Positions 1-13,821 of a DNA stretch of 64,000 nt are shown piece by piece. Source of the stretch: Narcine bancroftii (Eukaryota); contig NC_091473.1 of NCBI RefSeq assembly GCF_036971445.1, forward strand, positions 205,344,001 to 205,408,000. The letters run 5' to 3'. The notes beneath the pieces are model-generated. The model did no database searches. It was not told the DNA's origin and worked only from the letters and a program-made list of their open reading frames with translations. The position numbers were made by a program, and so were the translations under genes. Every line of letters starts with the position of its first letter. Within the stretch, counting starts at the first letter, position 1.

Positions 1-330
1 CTAAAGATGTGTGGTGATAAGTGTGGTGATTGGCTGTATCATGGTCTGGTATGGGATCACCAACACCCCTGAGTGTAAAGCTTTCCAAAAGGTAGTGGGG
101 ACAGGCCAGGAAATTACTGACAAAACTCCCCCAACTATTGAGTGCATATACAGGGAATGCTGATTTTGGAATGCAGCAGCAATCATTTAAGACCATCACC
201 ACATAGCACTTGGACTGCATTCACTACTGCCATCAGGAAAGTGGTATAAGTGCCACAAAACTCACACCTCGAGGTTCAGGAACGGCTGATATCCATCTAC
301 CATCAGAATCCTCTGAATAAAATTCAATCA
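1..330 (+). mobile_element. Decayed 3' part of a Rex1/Babar-like LINE
   Basis: Decayed coding sequence (LSKGSG..Q.IT....PTIECIY..C..NAAAII.DHHH) resembles the C-terminus of the fish Rex1-type RT ORF; it has stops and frameshifts. Confidence 0.5.
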
Positions 331-2588
331 GGGCCGAACCTAACGACACTTATTTGGGTACTTTATTCATTTTCTTTGCTCTCCCTGTATTGCACATTAG
401 TTTGTTTGCATTAGTTATCATTTGACACTTAATTTGATTGTTTATATATTTAAGATGTGTGCCAGGAACTTTTGCTCTATGGTTTAGTGGTAATTCTGCC
501 ACACCCGCATTAAAAATGTGATATCAAAGTTGATTGTGATGTCATGTATGGAATCTAACAACAAATCTGAAATCTGAATTCTGTAAATCGAAAGAGCTAA
601 ATACTGAGACGCGAAATTGAACTTGAGGGAANNNNNNNNNNNNNNNNNNNNNNNNNNNNNNNNNNNNNNNNNNNNNNNNNNNNNNNNNNNNNNNNNNNNN
701 NNNNNNNNNNNNNNNNNNNNNNNNNNNNNNNNNNNNNNNNNNNNNNNNNNNNNNNNNNNNNNNNNNNNNNNNNNNNNNNNNNNNNNNNNNNNNNNACATT
801 AACCTGCTCAAAATTTCCTATCTGGAGTGGAAAAACAGAATGATATTCTCTCGGATCCTTGATCATCCGCTAGTGCTCTAGAAGTTTGTTTGTTCCACTT
901 CCTGTGGCTAAAGGATCGATGGATGTTTCAACTGTACCGATCCACTTAGATTTGCCGTCAAAAGCAGCGGTCGCTCCTCTTAATGTTGACTCTGTGGCCG
1001 CTCACATCAACGATCTCGCTAAGTTATTTTGCTTCGAATGGGAATGCTATCAGATGATTGCTGATAAATTGTCCATCGAATCCGCTGTTTGTCAGATGTT
1101 GGTGCAGCAGAGTAGTAGGGTGATTGATTGGCATTTGTGTTGCTGCCTTTGGTTTGGCGGATGTTATTTATACTCACCCATGAAATACTATGTGGTGCAG
1201 ATTTGAGATTACTCCACCTTTCCTATTGCTATCTGCAAGCTGGAATTGTAGAATTGAAGTCATTATAAATATTAACATTGAAGATGAAAATCTCTGCCAT
1301 ACTGCTTTTGTGGAATGGAGCCACCAGCACTGAATGGACTTTGAAGTAACCAGTAAATAAGCCTTTAGACGGAGTACAGTCGGTAGCAGCATTGGCGGGC
1401 GAAATGGGATAATTGATTCTGGGTGTGCATACCTTCTGTGGCAGGCAGTAAAGTCAAAGATACAAGATACGAAGGTACTGATGCACGTTATTATGGTTAT
1501 GGAGGGGGTTAAAGGCCTTGATCAGGCTGAAAAGCATTAGGCTGCTGGCAATTTATTTTTGCGTTGGATGTTATGCGATGGGACTGTATCGAAAGCCAAG
1601 TAGGTGCGTATGAAATGCATAATTATAGTCGTCAGTATAGTGGCATCCTATAACGTGGAAGGCATGAGTTTAAGTTAGATGCTGCCATACGTTAAGAATA
1701 TGAAATGCTGTTCGTGGAGGTAGGGCTACTTGCAATTTGATTTTTAAACGATTAACGAAGAAGAGTCTAATAAAATGATCTTGCTGCTTAAACGATTTCA
1801 ATACATGAAATAAAAATGTGCTTCATTACATCGTCTCTTGTCTCCGAAATCTTGATCTGTGAAATAAAGAACGAAAGATAAGGACAAATTAAAATATTTT
1901 CTCGCCACAGGGCAGTCATGTCAAAGTTACCTGCGAGGAGAATGTTTCGTGGCATCCTCAAACCGATCGGCAACCTCTGTGTTGTGTATTTCATATCTTC
2001 ACATGTGAATTCAGTCTAAATCGAAGTTTCATCTCAAACCTATTACACACTCCTTAAAGCCGAGACATCAAGTCTAATGAGTTCATGCTGAATAAGGCGA
2101 TGATCACTGATTCGGATATCCATTTCATTGAGAGAACATGGAAACGTTATCGGGATATGACGTGTCTTTACAAAACAAGATAATAAATAAGATTTCGAAC
2201 GAGGAACAAATAAACTGCAGCCCCATGGATTTTTATAATGTGAAAAGAGAAAGCGGGGTCACCCTGGGAGTCAGGTAGCATGCATGGTCACCAAACACAT
2301 CAGATCATTACTCTTTGCACTGAACCTCTTATTGGTTCCGATCAGTCATTTTCACTGCCCACTGTAATGGACTGTTGAGTTCCAGAAATAGACTATGGAG
2401 TCTATTTACACCATAGTTCCCAGGACCGCCCAATAGAGTGCGATCTCGTTCTCGGAGATGGAAGATAGAGGCAAGGAGGCTTTGCATCTGCTCCGCTATT
2501 CGACATATAATAGTTGATAACGGACGTCATTTTAATGCTCAACACCAATTATTAAACTCGAATATTACACCCGAGTCCACTACTTTGT

Positions 2589-2596
2589 TGACGTCA
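2589..2596 (+). promoter_or_regulatory. Perfect CRE palindrome TGACGTCA about 500 bp upstream of the first V leader
   Basis: TGACGTCA at 2589-2596 and a near-copy GGACGTCA at about 2522. CRE-like motifs are established TCR V promoter elements; function here is inferred. Confidence 0.35.
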
Positions 2597-3091
2597 TTCT
2601 TGCTCATTATAGCCTGATAAATAATCGAAACCGAAGGACAGTGGTCCAAGTGTTCACAACTCTTCGAGGTGTCTCCAGATCGAATCGTTGTGTATATTTC
2701 TCATCCACCACTTGCTTTCAGGCTTAACAACACGATGTCATATCGACTTAATCATTCACACCAGTGAGTATTGGAACGTTTCCCCACTCTATCACATTCT
2801 GCTTCGTTGCCGGATTGGAAGAAGTACTGTACTTCCTATCTGACTCAACTGGAACTCCATGAAATGGAGGACAAACAAACTTTGAGTTGATTGGTGAAAT
2901 GGAGGAACAAATGAGGAACAGGTGGGGGGGGGGGGGAGGGGGAGGGTGAGGAGAGCTTTGTGCTGAGCGGATGTCACACTACCAATCACGAAAGAGACCA
3001 GATCTCACAGCACGTTTTTTCGTGCATTCAATTTTTAAAAATTCTGAGTTAGTTCCATTCAGGTCAAATTCACCCGAGATGCAACGGAGCT

Positions 3092-3927
3092 ATGTCATCT
3101 CTGTCTACTTATTGGCTTCTTACAACAGTTGCTCTTTACACCGGTAAGTTTAGGCATTTCCAATATCCCGCTTTATTCCACTACTGCAATGGATATTTAA
3201 TTAGTGAATTTCATGCATAAACTGAAAGACTGGAAATAAGGAGAAAAATTCAGAATCGTGTATCCAGTTCTTTGTTGAGCAATGTCCGAGATGTTAAGAG
3301 AATATTCATGTCAATTTAAGCAGACTTTCTGCTCTCCTTTGGGAATGGTAACACTGGCACGACACGCCTGTCAGGCTGGCAATTATACTCCTGTTCCTAA
3401 GACTTAAGGTCAACGTGAAGATGATTAAGGAAAGGATGGATAGTATGGAAAGGCAATTTCATTAATTTCCTCCATGCCGCTAACTTCTCTTGAAGAGTCA
3501 TTTCATTTCTATTTTTTTTAAATCTCAGACGAGTATCGGGGATGGTAGTAGTTCTGGAAAATGCGCGCAGTTAGATGATATTGGTGGAATTGGTAGATTC
3601 ATGTTCTCCTCGGAATATTTCAGGACATTGTCGAGGCGACGCCGTGTCTCAGACACCAAGTACGATCACAGTGACTGAAGGAATGGACGCGAATTTGAAA
3701 TGCAACTATACAACAAGCACAAGCGCCCTTGGATTAATATGGTACCGTATGTATCCAGGAAGATCACTCGACTTTTTGTTGATTAGAAGGCAATATGACA
3801 GTGGGGGAAAACAAATTCCCGGTGAACGTTTCTCGGCGGAGCTCGATCATTCGAAGGGAATGGTTCCTCTGAAAATTACTGCAACGCAGCTGGGAGACGC
3901 CGCCATGTATTATTGTGCTCTGAGCCC
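3092..3927 (+). CDS. TRAV: TCR alpha/delta V segment, apparently functional: leader exon 3092-3143, V exon 3624-3927
   Basis: Leader MSSLSTYWLLTTVALYT|g-GTAAGT (phase 1); acceptor TTTCAG at 3623. V exon is open: GHCRGDAVSQTPSTITVTEG..LKCNY..LIWYRMYPG..RFS..LKI..DAAMYYCALS, with C23, W41 and C104. Alpha versus delta usage cannot be fixed without J/C. Confidence 0.92.
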
Positions 3928-3966
3928 CACAGAGGTACGGAACTGGGCTGAGACTGTACAACAACT
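3928..3966 (+). promoter_or_regulatory. 23-RSS
   Basis: CACAGAG + 23 nt + ACAACAACT directly after the YYCALS codons. Confidence 0.9.
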
Positions 3967-5892
3967 AACAGATCATCTCGCCGCGTATCAACGTGTGAAA
4001 ATGAAGCTTTGAAAAATTATTTGCTGCTCTGTCCATGCGCCTTAATCAAATGGGTGACTTGCGGTGATTATCCAATTTTGTGCTACTGATAAAAATTAGC
4101 TTAATCAAATAACAGATACAATTTACTGTCATGTAATAAAACAGCAATTGAATGTTAGACTGCCATAAGGTGGAGAAAGTTTTTCCAATAGCATTAGCAT
4201 TGCCCGGAGCCAGTGTGAGTGAGAAAATTCCCTCCAGAACCTACGAGTGTCCGTGCACACCTGCAGCCTCTGAGACCGCACAATATTCCAGTTCAGTATA
4301 AACGATCGGCAAAAGGCGCCCAAATTTAAACATCGAGCCCCATGAGGAAGCCTAAAGCCCCAAGGATCCTTCGAGAGTCCTCATTGTCGTTAGTATCACC
4401 TTAAATCCTTATTACGAATACCGCTTCTCTTGTGGCAGCCTCCAGCAACCTGCAGCTGGTGTGAGTCTTTTGGCCTGGAGTCGGTAGCAGCCCGCAGTCT
4501 GTTTGCTTTCCACGCCTGTCAATCGCTAAGAGACCGCCACATGCTTGTGTTGTAGAGGCCATCGCTGGTCCGTCACGATGGTCATCGTCCTTCTGTCGTA
4601 TCCTCTGATTCTCCGCCTCAACGGGTATGTTCTTCCCCTTACTGGTGTCCTGTACCAGCCCACTCCTCTCGCAGAGTCTGAAACCCCACGTAGCCGTCAG
4701 CGGACACATTGGTTCATGACTCCGAGGTCGCAGATATCAAAATCAAGCACTGTCGGTTCTTTTGTTGGGCCATTGTAAGCCTGTACAGAGCCGTCGGACA
4801 AGAACTGAATGCTAAAACCCACAGGTCATCACGAAATGTAGTGCTGCCTTTACCGCAGTCCCGGCAGTGCCGCCATTACATCTAAGTCTGCGCCTTCAGT
4901 CACTTGGCCAGATGAGAGGTATGGCTTTGAAAAATTAGACAGAAATCTCTCTTTGCCTCGCTCCTTTTCTCATCCCAGGTTATTCTCTTGTTCCGACCCC
5001 TTGACAGTGGGAAGAATTTCTCTCTTTAAATTAAAGCCATTACGGGTATAACCCGACTCAACACTTTGAACATCCATTCTATCCTGTTTCACCTGTTGAC
5101 GCACCTTATTAGCCTTTCAAATTTGCATCCAGATTTCACTTTTATTTACTTAAAATGCCTCTCATTTATAAACCTCTCTGTGATAAAGCATCACCAGTGA
5201 AATTTACTGCAACTGCAACCTGACTTTGCAGAGCAATAGACCACAAACACAGGTGACGAATGTTTGGATGCAATGGTACCACAAGGACGTGAATATGAAT
5301 CATCACCACATCCTGATTCGGTGCATCGAGGAAACGGATAGGATACTTTTCAGGACGCAGTTGTAGACATGTTAGACATAGATATTGCAACATATGGGCC
5401 ATTTCAATAGATGTTGGCAAAACATTCTCATTGTCCATGCTATGAGACTTTGGGTGCTTATTTCATTTGTTAGGAAAATGAAGTACCCCTTTGATAGAAG
5501 GAGAATTATTTCTCAAAATTAACTACATTCGGAAACCTCTTGGTCTTGTTCAAGCTTTGCCAGAATGGGTCTCCTATCTGGTTAGCGAAGATTCCTTTCT
5601 CTATTTTGACTCTGTTATCCCCATAGCTTGCATTTTTATTTGTAATATTATACACTGCTCATATTAAACAAAAAATGTGACACTTACACAACAGTTAGGC
5701 TTTATTATTGCATTACCTGGTGCAAATTATTTGTGTTGGTTTGTCTGTATAGGAGGCAAAACAGAACAATTTACTCCCTATCAGCTGAAATGACAATGAA
5801 CAATTAAATGTCGTTTTCTGTGTCCATTTCTGTTATCAGCTGTCTTGGGTAAACTTATACCTCTCATTTTGTTCATTTTAGATTGGTCACAG

Positions 5893-6604
5893 TGTTTGAG
5901 CTACCGAAAGAAAATAGACACACACACCGAGAGCAGTTCAGTTTATAAAAAAATTTAATACTAATTTAAAAGCTGATTTCACACTACAATATGCAAGCCC
6001 TTTCCAACTATACTTATCAATGCTTGGACTGGTCCCAAATGCCAAAGCGAGGCAATGACTGCACACTTGTAGTAGGTTGTCCGGGCGCCGGTAGCAGCTT
6101 CTCCACCTCCCCTGACCGGGACGTTGCTCGGACTCTGGCTGTTCTTCCTTCTTGACAAGGGGTGTTCCCACCCCTCGGAGAGTCTAAACTTCAGCAGCAG
6201 GACCACAAGCTTATATACCCCAAAAACAATTAGACTCCTTCTAATATTTGTCAGTCAAAATCAAAACTGAACATTATATTCTACAATTTAGAAGATTAAT
6301 TATTATGGAACCAGGATGTTATGATTTCCTGGTTTATCTCGTAGATACAAAGACTTATTAAAACTTCTCGAGCAAGACAGGTTGTGACCAATTCGTCAAT
6401 TTCAGAGTGTTGCATTTGACAACTGCTTTCCCTGGGCCTCACAGTGGAATTCCATTTCAAAGTGTATCTTCAGATAAGTCCCCATGGCTGAGTTTAATTA
6501 CATCTGCTAGTTCTGAAAGTAAGGTGACCTGCATGTGGACCCAGTGTCGTCAGTTCCACATAAGCAAAAAGCATCTGGGTACATGGTTGTCATCCTCCAT
6601 TACA
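5893..6604 (-). mobile_element. Possible solo LTR
   Basis: TG...CA ends, with a minus-strand TATATAA at about 6211-6217 and an ATTAAA further downstream on the minus strand. Boundaries and TSD are weak. Confidence 0.3.
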
Positions 6605-8047
6605 TCAGCCAATTGCATAAGGATAATGTAAATAAAGATGTACCTGATATTATGCTTGAACACTATTTCAAAACGTGGGATTCCGATTTGAAATAATGCT
6701 GGCCGAATGTTAAAAGGATCAGTTTAACTGCAATAGATGCTTCAGAATCTTGCATCTATCGAAACGTCTCTTTGGATCGACACATGAAACTGAAGCAAAA
6801 GTATGGTTTATAAGCTGAGAAAAGGTATTTACTTTAATTTAGCTTTCTCTTCATGCCCTTATATGTGCGCCTTAAATAAGAACAGTGTGGAGTGTGGAAA
6901 TAGTCCAAGCCCCCCAGCATGCCCACTCCGATAAAAATGGCCACTTATAGTAATCCCACCTGCCTGTTTCGTTGACATCCTGCGAATCCTGGCAATTTAG
7001 CCGTCTAGTCGTCTTAAGTATTGGAAAAACTATGTATCTGCAATACCTGCCTCGGGTGCCTGTACCCCACACCCACCACACATTCGTACCCCCTAAGTTC
7101 GTGTTAAATCTATCTTCCCTCACTTGTAGTTCCAGAATCTCCTTCTCTAGGTAAAAGACTACGTGAATCCGGTTTACCCCACACTCGATCATGTCTAGCA
7201 CTATAATATCACCCCTAACCGTCCTGAAGTCTAATGAGAAATGTTATAACCTCTCCAACCTCTCCATCCAGACCAGGCCTCTGAGTCCTGCCAACATCCT
7301 GATAAATATTCACTTCATCATCTCCAGATTTACAACTTATTTTTTTTATTGCACAGTAACAAAATCAGAGCATAATAATATAAATATCGTAGAATAAAGG
7401 ACTCATACAACTACAAATTTCTTTCAAATATCTGTATCCATCACTATAGCTGATACAAACTAATCGGCAGAGAGACCCGTGACGAAAATATCAACCAGTT
7501 TATAGATACTCTGTATCAGTAGGTCTCTCTTCTACGATACATTTCAGCTTCATACCATGACTACATAGGTCCTGACAATGTTCGACTGCTGAAATACAAC
7601 ACCTCACGTTTCTGAATTAATTTCCAACAAGATTCAACAGCCCACCCAGCACAACCTTTCAAGATTCAGCTGAAATATTAAGCAAACGTCTTCAACATCA
7701 AAAATGCCAGATACTCCAGTGTCATGCGGAAATTCGATTACCATGCCATGTACATTTTTATTTACGTCATTGGTTTTAATGTCCAAACACCGAAGCCAAT
7801 GTACGAAAGAGAGCGAATGTGCTGAATAGTAATGAGTGGACAGTGACTGAGAAGATGAATACTAGAAACGTATGTCTAGCAATTTCCTAAGTTGCAAGCG
7901 CCAGAAAATCAAGAATATGAGAACCGCCACATTCTCCCGTCAAGCAAAGTACCTGCAGCTGACTGGTGTGGAGTCAGACATATCAATTCAGCGGCATAAA
8001 CAGTGGGAACCATCTCCCTTCTTCCAAATTTGTTTTTGAAGCAGCAA

Positions 8048-8494
8048 CCACGTACCCTCGGTGGTTCATGCTAAAAAAAATTATCTGTTGTTTCCCTGTG
8101 AGTCAATGATTAAATGGATCCTTTGCCGTCAGTGGCTAAGATTAACCTTTAAGCGTATCATACGTTCCGTGCTTTGTTGCTGGGGCCTTTGCTGACGAAT
8201 CTACCTCCCAGAATCTATCTGAGGTATTGGTTGAAAAGGAACAAACTATAAGGCTGACTGAAATTACCCGGAAACATTCGTTGCTAATACTGCCTTCTGG
8301 TACATCCTGAATATGCGCCGAGAAATGTACTAAAATATTTTGCATTGGGTTCGCACACCATCTTTCGGATTTCTCTTGTTGATCAGAAAACAAGTTGTAC
8401 GGTTCCTTTAATTACCTCCGGCGTCCTTGTCTTCGATTTAGCCGTGCCTTTCACACACATTACAGGAGAAAAGCAATAAATCGGTACAATAACC
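8048..8494 (+). pseudogene. TCR V pseudogene (paralog of the 55125 V) with retained 23-RSS
   Basis: Leader relic at about 8048-8098. The exon from 8183 (GAFADESTSQ..EV.VEKE; AFWYI; VPL) aligns with 55250-55556 but is frameshifted and deleted. RSS: CACATTA(8456) + 23 nt + ACAATAACC(8486-8494). Confidence 0.8.
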
Positions 8495-8499
8495 CTCCT

Positions 8500-11400
8500 T
8501 AGTAGTTACACCGAGCTATAACTAGATGGCGGCCTTTCCTCCGTAAACAAAGCAAATGTGAATGCTGACGCATACGATCCTCGAGCAGAAACAAAAGCGG
8601 AATAAGCCCCTGACACAATTTAAAGGGTCAGGCAACTTCTGCGGAGTTGTATTATTTTGTCATTTTGGGCCAAGAACCGGCATCACTCTCAGAATATATA
8701 GGGGAGAGTTTCAACGTAAAGAGGAGAAAGGTTGGCGTGGGACAAGGTATTGCAGGTATTCCACACCCTTTTTCAGCACCGATGTCCTCAATGTATCTGA
8801 GTACTCCATAGCATCGACTGACTCTTCCTCACAACTCCAATCAAGCAAATGTTTATGCGGTTACAAGTCAGGTCATTTCTCTTGAATATCCATTGAGTTG
8901 CATATTTCCACAAGTGCCTTAGCTATAGGATCCAGTCGAATTATGTGGATAATTATTGGCGTCGGACATTGAATCCAGTAACTTAGTATAAATGCGTCCG
9001 GTATTTGTTAAGATGTTGCTTTGAAATCGTGTTGCCAGCAATTGTGAAGAAATTTAAAATCACAGAAATACTTCCTCGTTTTTGAACCAGGAAGCATTTG
9101 TGTTTTCTGCTGCTTGACCATGGCAGGGGGAAGCGTGCGTTTTTACAAGTTTGGGCACTGTACAAATTTGAGGATCATGGTACTGATCAACTTTTTGTAT
9201 GAGAACTTCGAAAAAAGGAACTGATATCATTATCTTAACCACAGGCTCCTTCATGAAACGTTGTTTTTTTCCAGTATCGTGGGGAGGTAAGGGCATGAGG
9301 TTCGTTCGAGGAATAGTGGAATATTGAGGGATACAATAATACATAATTGCGAGGGAGAGACAGAGGCATGGAGACAGATGGACAGACAGAGGTGGAAACA
9401 GTCAACCCACATAAAGAAAAATTTTTAGAGATTCGTGGAGCGTGGATACAGTCCATACCTTTCACCTTGACCATGCCGATCAAAGTGTCCCACCCACACA
9501 AGTCTCACCTTGCAATCGTATGTATCTCAATCACCTCATGTTCTGCATATCCACCACCTCCACGCTTTCGTCCACCTCAATAACCTGTTAAATATATTTT
9601 CCCACACCTTAAGCCTATGGTTACAGATTCACTTACTCTAAGCAAAAGATTGTGTTCACCCGATAAATCCCTCTGCTGATTATATGTATACTACGAGATC
9701 ACCGTAGCCATCGCACGGTCCAATGAATGTTCATAGCCTTCTGAAAATTTCCATCCAGCTCAGGTTTCCGAATTGTAGCAACATCCCGACGAATATTCTC
9801 TTCAACCTTTCTAGTTTCACAACCTCATTTCTATTGCATGGTGACCATGTTAGAACAACAATAATCCAAAGGTGGCCACAACAACGACTCAAACATTATT
9901 TACAAACCTTGTACTCCACACTGTGATTGATGCTAGTCAATCTGAGTTGAGCCCTGCGACGATCATATCTACCAGTTTAAAGATATGAATACCCGAACAT
10001 TTCTGTTCTTCAATGATTTACAGATTCATTGCATTCACTCCATGGGTCATGACCACACTAGAACTTCAAATGCAGCACCTTACATTTCTGAATTAAATTA
10101 CAACAGCCATTCAACTGCCTAACGGTTCAAGATTCTGCTGCAATCGTTGGAAAATGTCTTCACAAACTAAACTACCAGACACTTCTGTGTCAATCGGAAA
10201 TTTGAAAATCTTGCTAACTACATTTTTATTCAAAATGTATGAATTACGTCACTTGTGAGAGATCAGCCTATCACATGCTGGAGGAACACCATTCGCAGAA
10301 ATACAAAATTGCCTCATTTATGAATTACCCCAGACATATGTGTTTAGTGGCTGGAACATAAAACAAATACTTAAATCTACTTCGATTTGTCCGGAGTTAA
10401 ACACTGTTATGAGCCTGTTGTCCTACTGATAATTACCAGGGCTCCCAGTGAGTTATCTTTAAATGGCTCCTGTGGAACCGTGGTTTGTTTTCATATAACC
10501 ATATAACCATATAACCACTTACAGCACAGAACAGGTCAGTTCGGCCCTACTAGTCCATGCCATAGCGAACCCCCACCCTCCTAGTCCCACTGACCAGCAC
10601 CCGGTCCATACCCCTCTAGTCCCCTCATATCCATGTAATGATCCAGTCTTTCCTTAAATGTAACCAATGATCCAGCCTCGACCACGTCTGCCGGAAGCTC
10701 ATTCCACATCCCCACCATCCTCTGCGTAAAGAAATTTCCCCTCATGTTCCCCTTATAATTTTCCCCCTTCAATCTTAAACCATGTCCTCTAGTTTGAATC
10801 TCCCCCTTTCTTAATTGAAAAATTCTATCCACATTTACTCTGTCTGTCCCTTTTAAAATCCTAAACACCTCTATCAAGTCCCCTCTCAATCTTCTACGCT
10901 CCAGAGAAAAAAGCCCCAGTCTGCACAACCTTTCTCTGTAACTCAGACCCTGAAATGCTGTCAACATTCTCGTGAACCTTCTCTGCACTCTCTCTATTGA
11001 AAATTCCATGCTTTGTTGCAGAGGCGTGGGGCGATGGTTCAGTGTTCCAGAATCTCTGAGTTGACACTTTAACAAGAATAAGCTGTAACCATGAATTACA
11101 GTTATCATTCAGTATTTAGTGACCACACCTCTATTTGGCACTTCTGATGATCGTAAGAATCTCTGAGGCTGCTACGGATAAGATAACTAGATGATCCAAA
11201 TAAAGATCAATACTTAGTATTCTAATCTATTCTATAGTCAGAGTTTCTACTGTTCGTAATTGGAATAATCATCTTATTCTTTTATCTTTCTCTGTGATCA
11301 TTGCATCTGATGCAGAAGAGATTCCTATGCCACGCGATGCATACCAGGGCAGAGAAGCAGCGAATCGCAACAAACTGCAACACTGGTTGTTCCAACCATC

Positions 11401-11830
11401 TCTCAGCAAAGGGGGCACTTACTCTGCTGAACGGAAGTGATCAGATGCCGATCAGTTTCCTAGTGAGTAGCAAATACGTTCCAAATATTCTTCGTTTTAA
11501 GAAGAGGAGCAGAAATTTGTTCATTGTTTCAAACAACCGAGACGTCCACGCGAGTGACGTTGACTTCGCATCCATACTGAGAACAAAATGATCAAAACAT
11601 TTCCTGGATATACAAGAACTTGCATCTTTCTGCGCGTCCAGTTGCTTTTACAATCAGGAGAAGAGACACCTTCATTCTTCTAATCCCATCGTCTTTCTAA
11701 TAACAATGTAACATCTATTTTGTGGTAAATCATACTTTGTGCTTGTTACGAATTGCTGTTGAAATGTGATGCAGAGATTGCAACACAATGACATACAAGT
11801 TACACACACACACAAATATTGGCGCACAGT
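8500..11830 (+). repeat. Ancient duplicated inter-V spacer; paralogs at about 51900-54740 and about 55600-62145
   Basis: Collinear shared blocks, e.g. GAGGGAGAGACAGAGGCAT.GAGACAGATG (9351/52650), CCTGTGGAA.CCGTG (10469/53842) and the ATCA.GAG...TTCTTCTAATCC...ATACTTT.TG block (11650/54520; diverged at 61990). Confidence 0.7.
10493..10997 (-). mobile_element. 5'-truncated CR1 LINE, 3' end
   Basis: ORF 10581-11108 contains IERVQRRFTRML..LSYRERL..LGLFSLERRRLRGDLIEVF..RTRGH-like..FFTQR.V..WN.LP, the CR1 ORF2 C-terminus. It has an (ATATGGTT)3 tail and is absent from the paralogous site near 53860. Confidence 0.93.
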
Positions 11831-12319
11831 CACATCGAGAGAGAGGANNNNNNNNNNNNNNNNNNNNNNNNNNNNNNNNNNNNNNNNNNNNNNNNNNNNN
11901 NNNNNNNNNNNNNNNNNNNNNNNNNNNNNNNNNNNNNNNNNNNNNNNNNNNNNNNNNNNNNNNNNNNNNNNNNNNNNNNNNNNNNNNNNNNNNNNNNNNN
12001 NNNNATTAGACAAAGAGAGAATACCTGCTGTAGAATTAGTGATGGATTGCGAGAGAGAGGAGCGGATGTACATTAGACAAAGAGAGAGAATACCTGTTGC
12101 AGAATTACTTATGGATTTTGATAACCGAGCGAAAGTTGGGACATGCAGATTCGTTAGAGAAATCATGGGATAACGAGAGAAGCATACAGACTCAATTGCA
12201 AACAGAACCATAGAACGTGCCCAGGTAGATAAAAATTCCCAACTCACACTGATCCCACCTGCCTACATTTCGTCGATATCTTTCTAATCCTGACAACATT
12301 CCGTCTATTTGTATTCAAT

Positions 12320-13700
12320 ATTGCAATAGCATGTACCTCAACCAAACCTCAGACTTAAGTTCAGATGATGACATTTTTTCTGGATGGCAGGTTGGATTGT
12401 ATTAGAGAATATGCTGAAATTGTAACGCCACTAAGGAAAATAATGAAGGAATCAGGAAAGACAGGCCTGATAAATATTTTGCAGTGGAATGAGGAGGCAG
12501 AAACAGCTTTAACATCGTTAAGCAGGAATTACAGTTGTCTCCAGCCCTAGCCTTTTCTAATTACGAGAAGATTCTTTCATTTATATATGTCCAACAGACA
12601 GGAAGGCTGTGGTGCCGCAGTACTAATGTAGGAAAGATGTACATGGAAAGCAAAACAGCAAATAGCATACTTCGTTAGAAAATTGGATGAGATACCTCAG
12701 GGATACCCGCCCTGCTACCAGGCAATGGCTGCATGACACTATGTGTATGAAAAAGGATGTGAGGCCATGGATATCCCGTGATCCTGTACACAAACCATAA
12801 GAAAACAGTATTGTTGGATAAGGGAAAGTGTTTGCTGACACCAGCGAGGAGTGCAGAATTTCAAATTATTGACATTTCCAGATATAACTATGCAGCAGGA
12901 GTAACAAAGCTGATAATTTCGCGTTTGGTTAAGAGGGAGAACGCCATGATTGTGAAGGAGAACATTATTTGCTAAATTAAGAGAGGATTTACAGTCACAA
13001 CCGCTGGATGATGAAGACAAGAAGGTCTTGTTTGTAGTCAGCTGTTGTTACAAGTATCACAATGGAAATCAATGACGGATTTGCAGTGGTACAACAGAAT
13101 CAGTCGTACCTTAATGTAATCAAATTAGGAGCTTTCCTGCAAGCTTGCGCAGCCAAATTGGGAGAAATTAAAGCTATGAGAGCAGCATGCGAAATGATGG
13201 AAGGTGCAAATGTTGGTCGCGGCCGTGTCCAGGGTTTTGCGGTCGCATTGGGTGGCAACTCGAACTGCAGAACCATAATACGGGCACTGCATACACCCAA
13301 ATGGACCGCACGTGAGAGATTTCGAATGGCATTGAGCGGCACATTGAGCTATTTAGTCTCCCTCTGGAAGGCGCGGGAAACTGAACAAAGCTAAAATTAA
13401 ACCTGCCGATCTTGTGAATCAGCCGCAATCTCATAGTGAGGTCTCGCCTTGCCCCATGGAGCCCGGGTCATGCAGTATATAAAAGAAGACTGTAAACCCT
13501 GAATAAACCAGTCTTCAGTTGACTTCCCTGGCGTGTTTTTTTTTGTATTTATTTTCAGTAGCTCTATGGTAGTAGCCGCTGCAGGTTGATGTTTACACAG
13601 ATTCAGCTCATGCCAATGGGGTATGTTCGTTGTTTGGGACAGTGCGGAAAGAGAGCTGTTTCAAGAAAAGTAACAGAGAACACATACAGCAGTATCACTG
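12320..13700 (+). mobile_element. pol: Endogenous retrovirus pol relic (RT thumb, tether, RNase H), class I/epsilon-like
   Basis: Across frameshifts it reads PKPQT-like..QMMTF..EYAEIVTPLR..LQWNEEAETA..SPALAFSNYEK.FHLY..IAYF..KLDE...GYPPCYQ, then RNase H VLFV..GFAVVQ..AKLGEIKAMRAACEMMEGANV|DVYTDSAHA.GVC.LFG. Confidence 0.8.
13216..13583 (+). mobile_element. Solo LTR inserted in the ERV RNase H domain
   Basis: TATATAAA at about 13476, AATAAA at 13502, 3' end GCCGCTGCA. Flanking TGTTG/GGTTG near-duplication; removing the insert restores in-frame EGANV-DVYTDSA. Confidence 0.75.
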
Positions 13701-13734
13701 CCTGACACGCTTAACCCAGTCTCTCTCCTGTCGT

Positions 13735-13821
13735 TAAAATCCTTGTGGAGGATTCCACCGTGTATCTCTGCGCCGTGAGACACACACTGTTCCAGCGCAG
13801 TGGCAGATCCGCATAAAAATC
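13735..13821 (+). pseudogene. 3' fragment of a V segment (17592 family) with 23-RSS
   Basis: LVEDSTVYLCAVR + CACACTG(13783) + 23 nt + ATAAAAATC; the downstream flank matches 17932-18015. The 5' part is replaced by ERV sequence. Confidence 0.85.

Noticed and set aside
880-1750. Possible LINE RT relic on the minus strand (AFDTV-like motif near 1590)
   Set aside because: A single weak motif; too decayed to assign.
3510-3593. Strong upstream acceptor (CTCAG at 3528) in the first V intron as an alternative exon
   Set aside because: Splicing the leader to it gives an in-frame TAG after six codons, and the residual intron would be only 31 nt.
4386-4880. Possible solo LTR (TG...CA ends)
   Set aside because: No convincing TSD, TATA or poly(A) signal.
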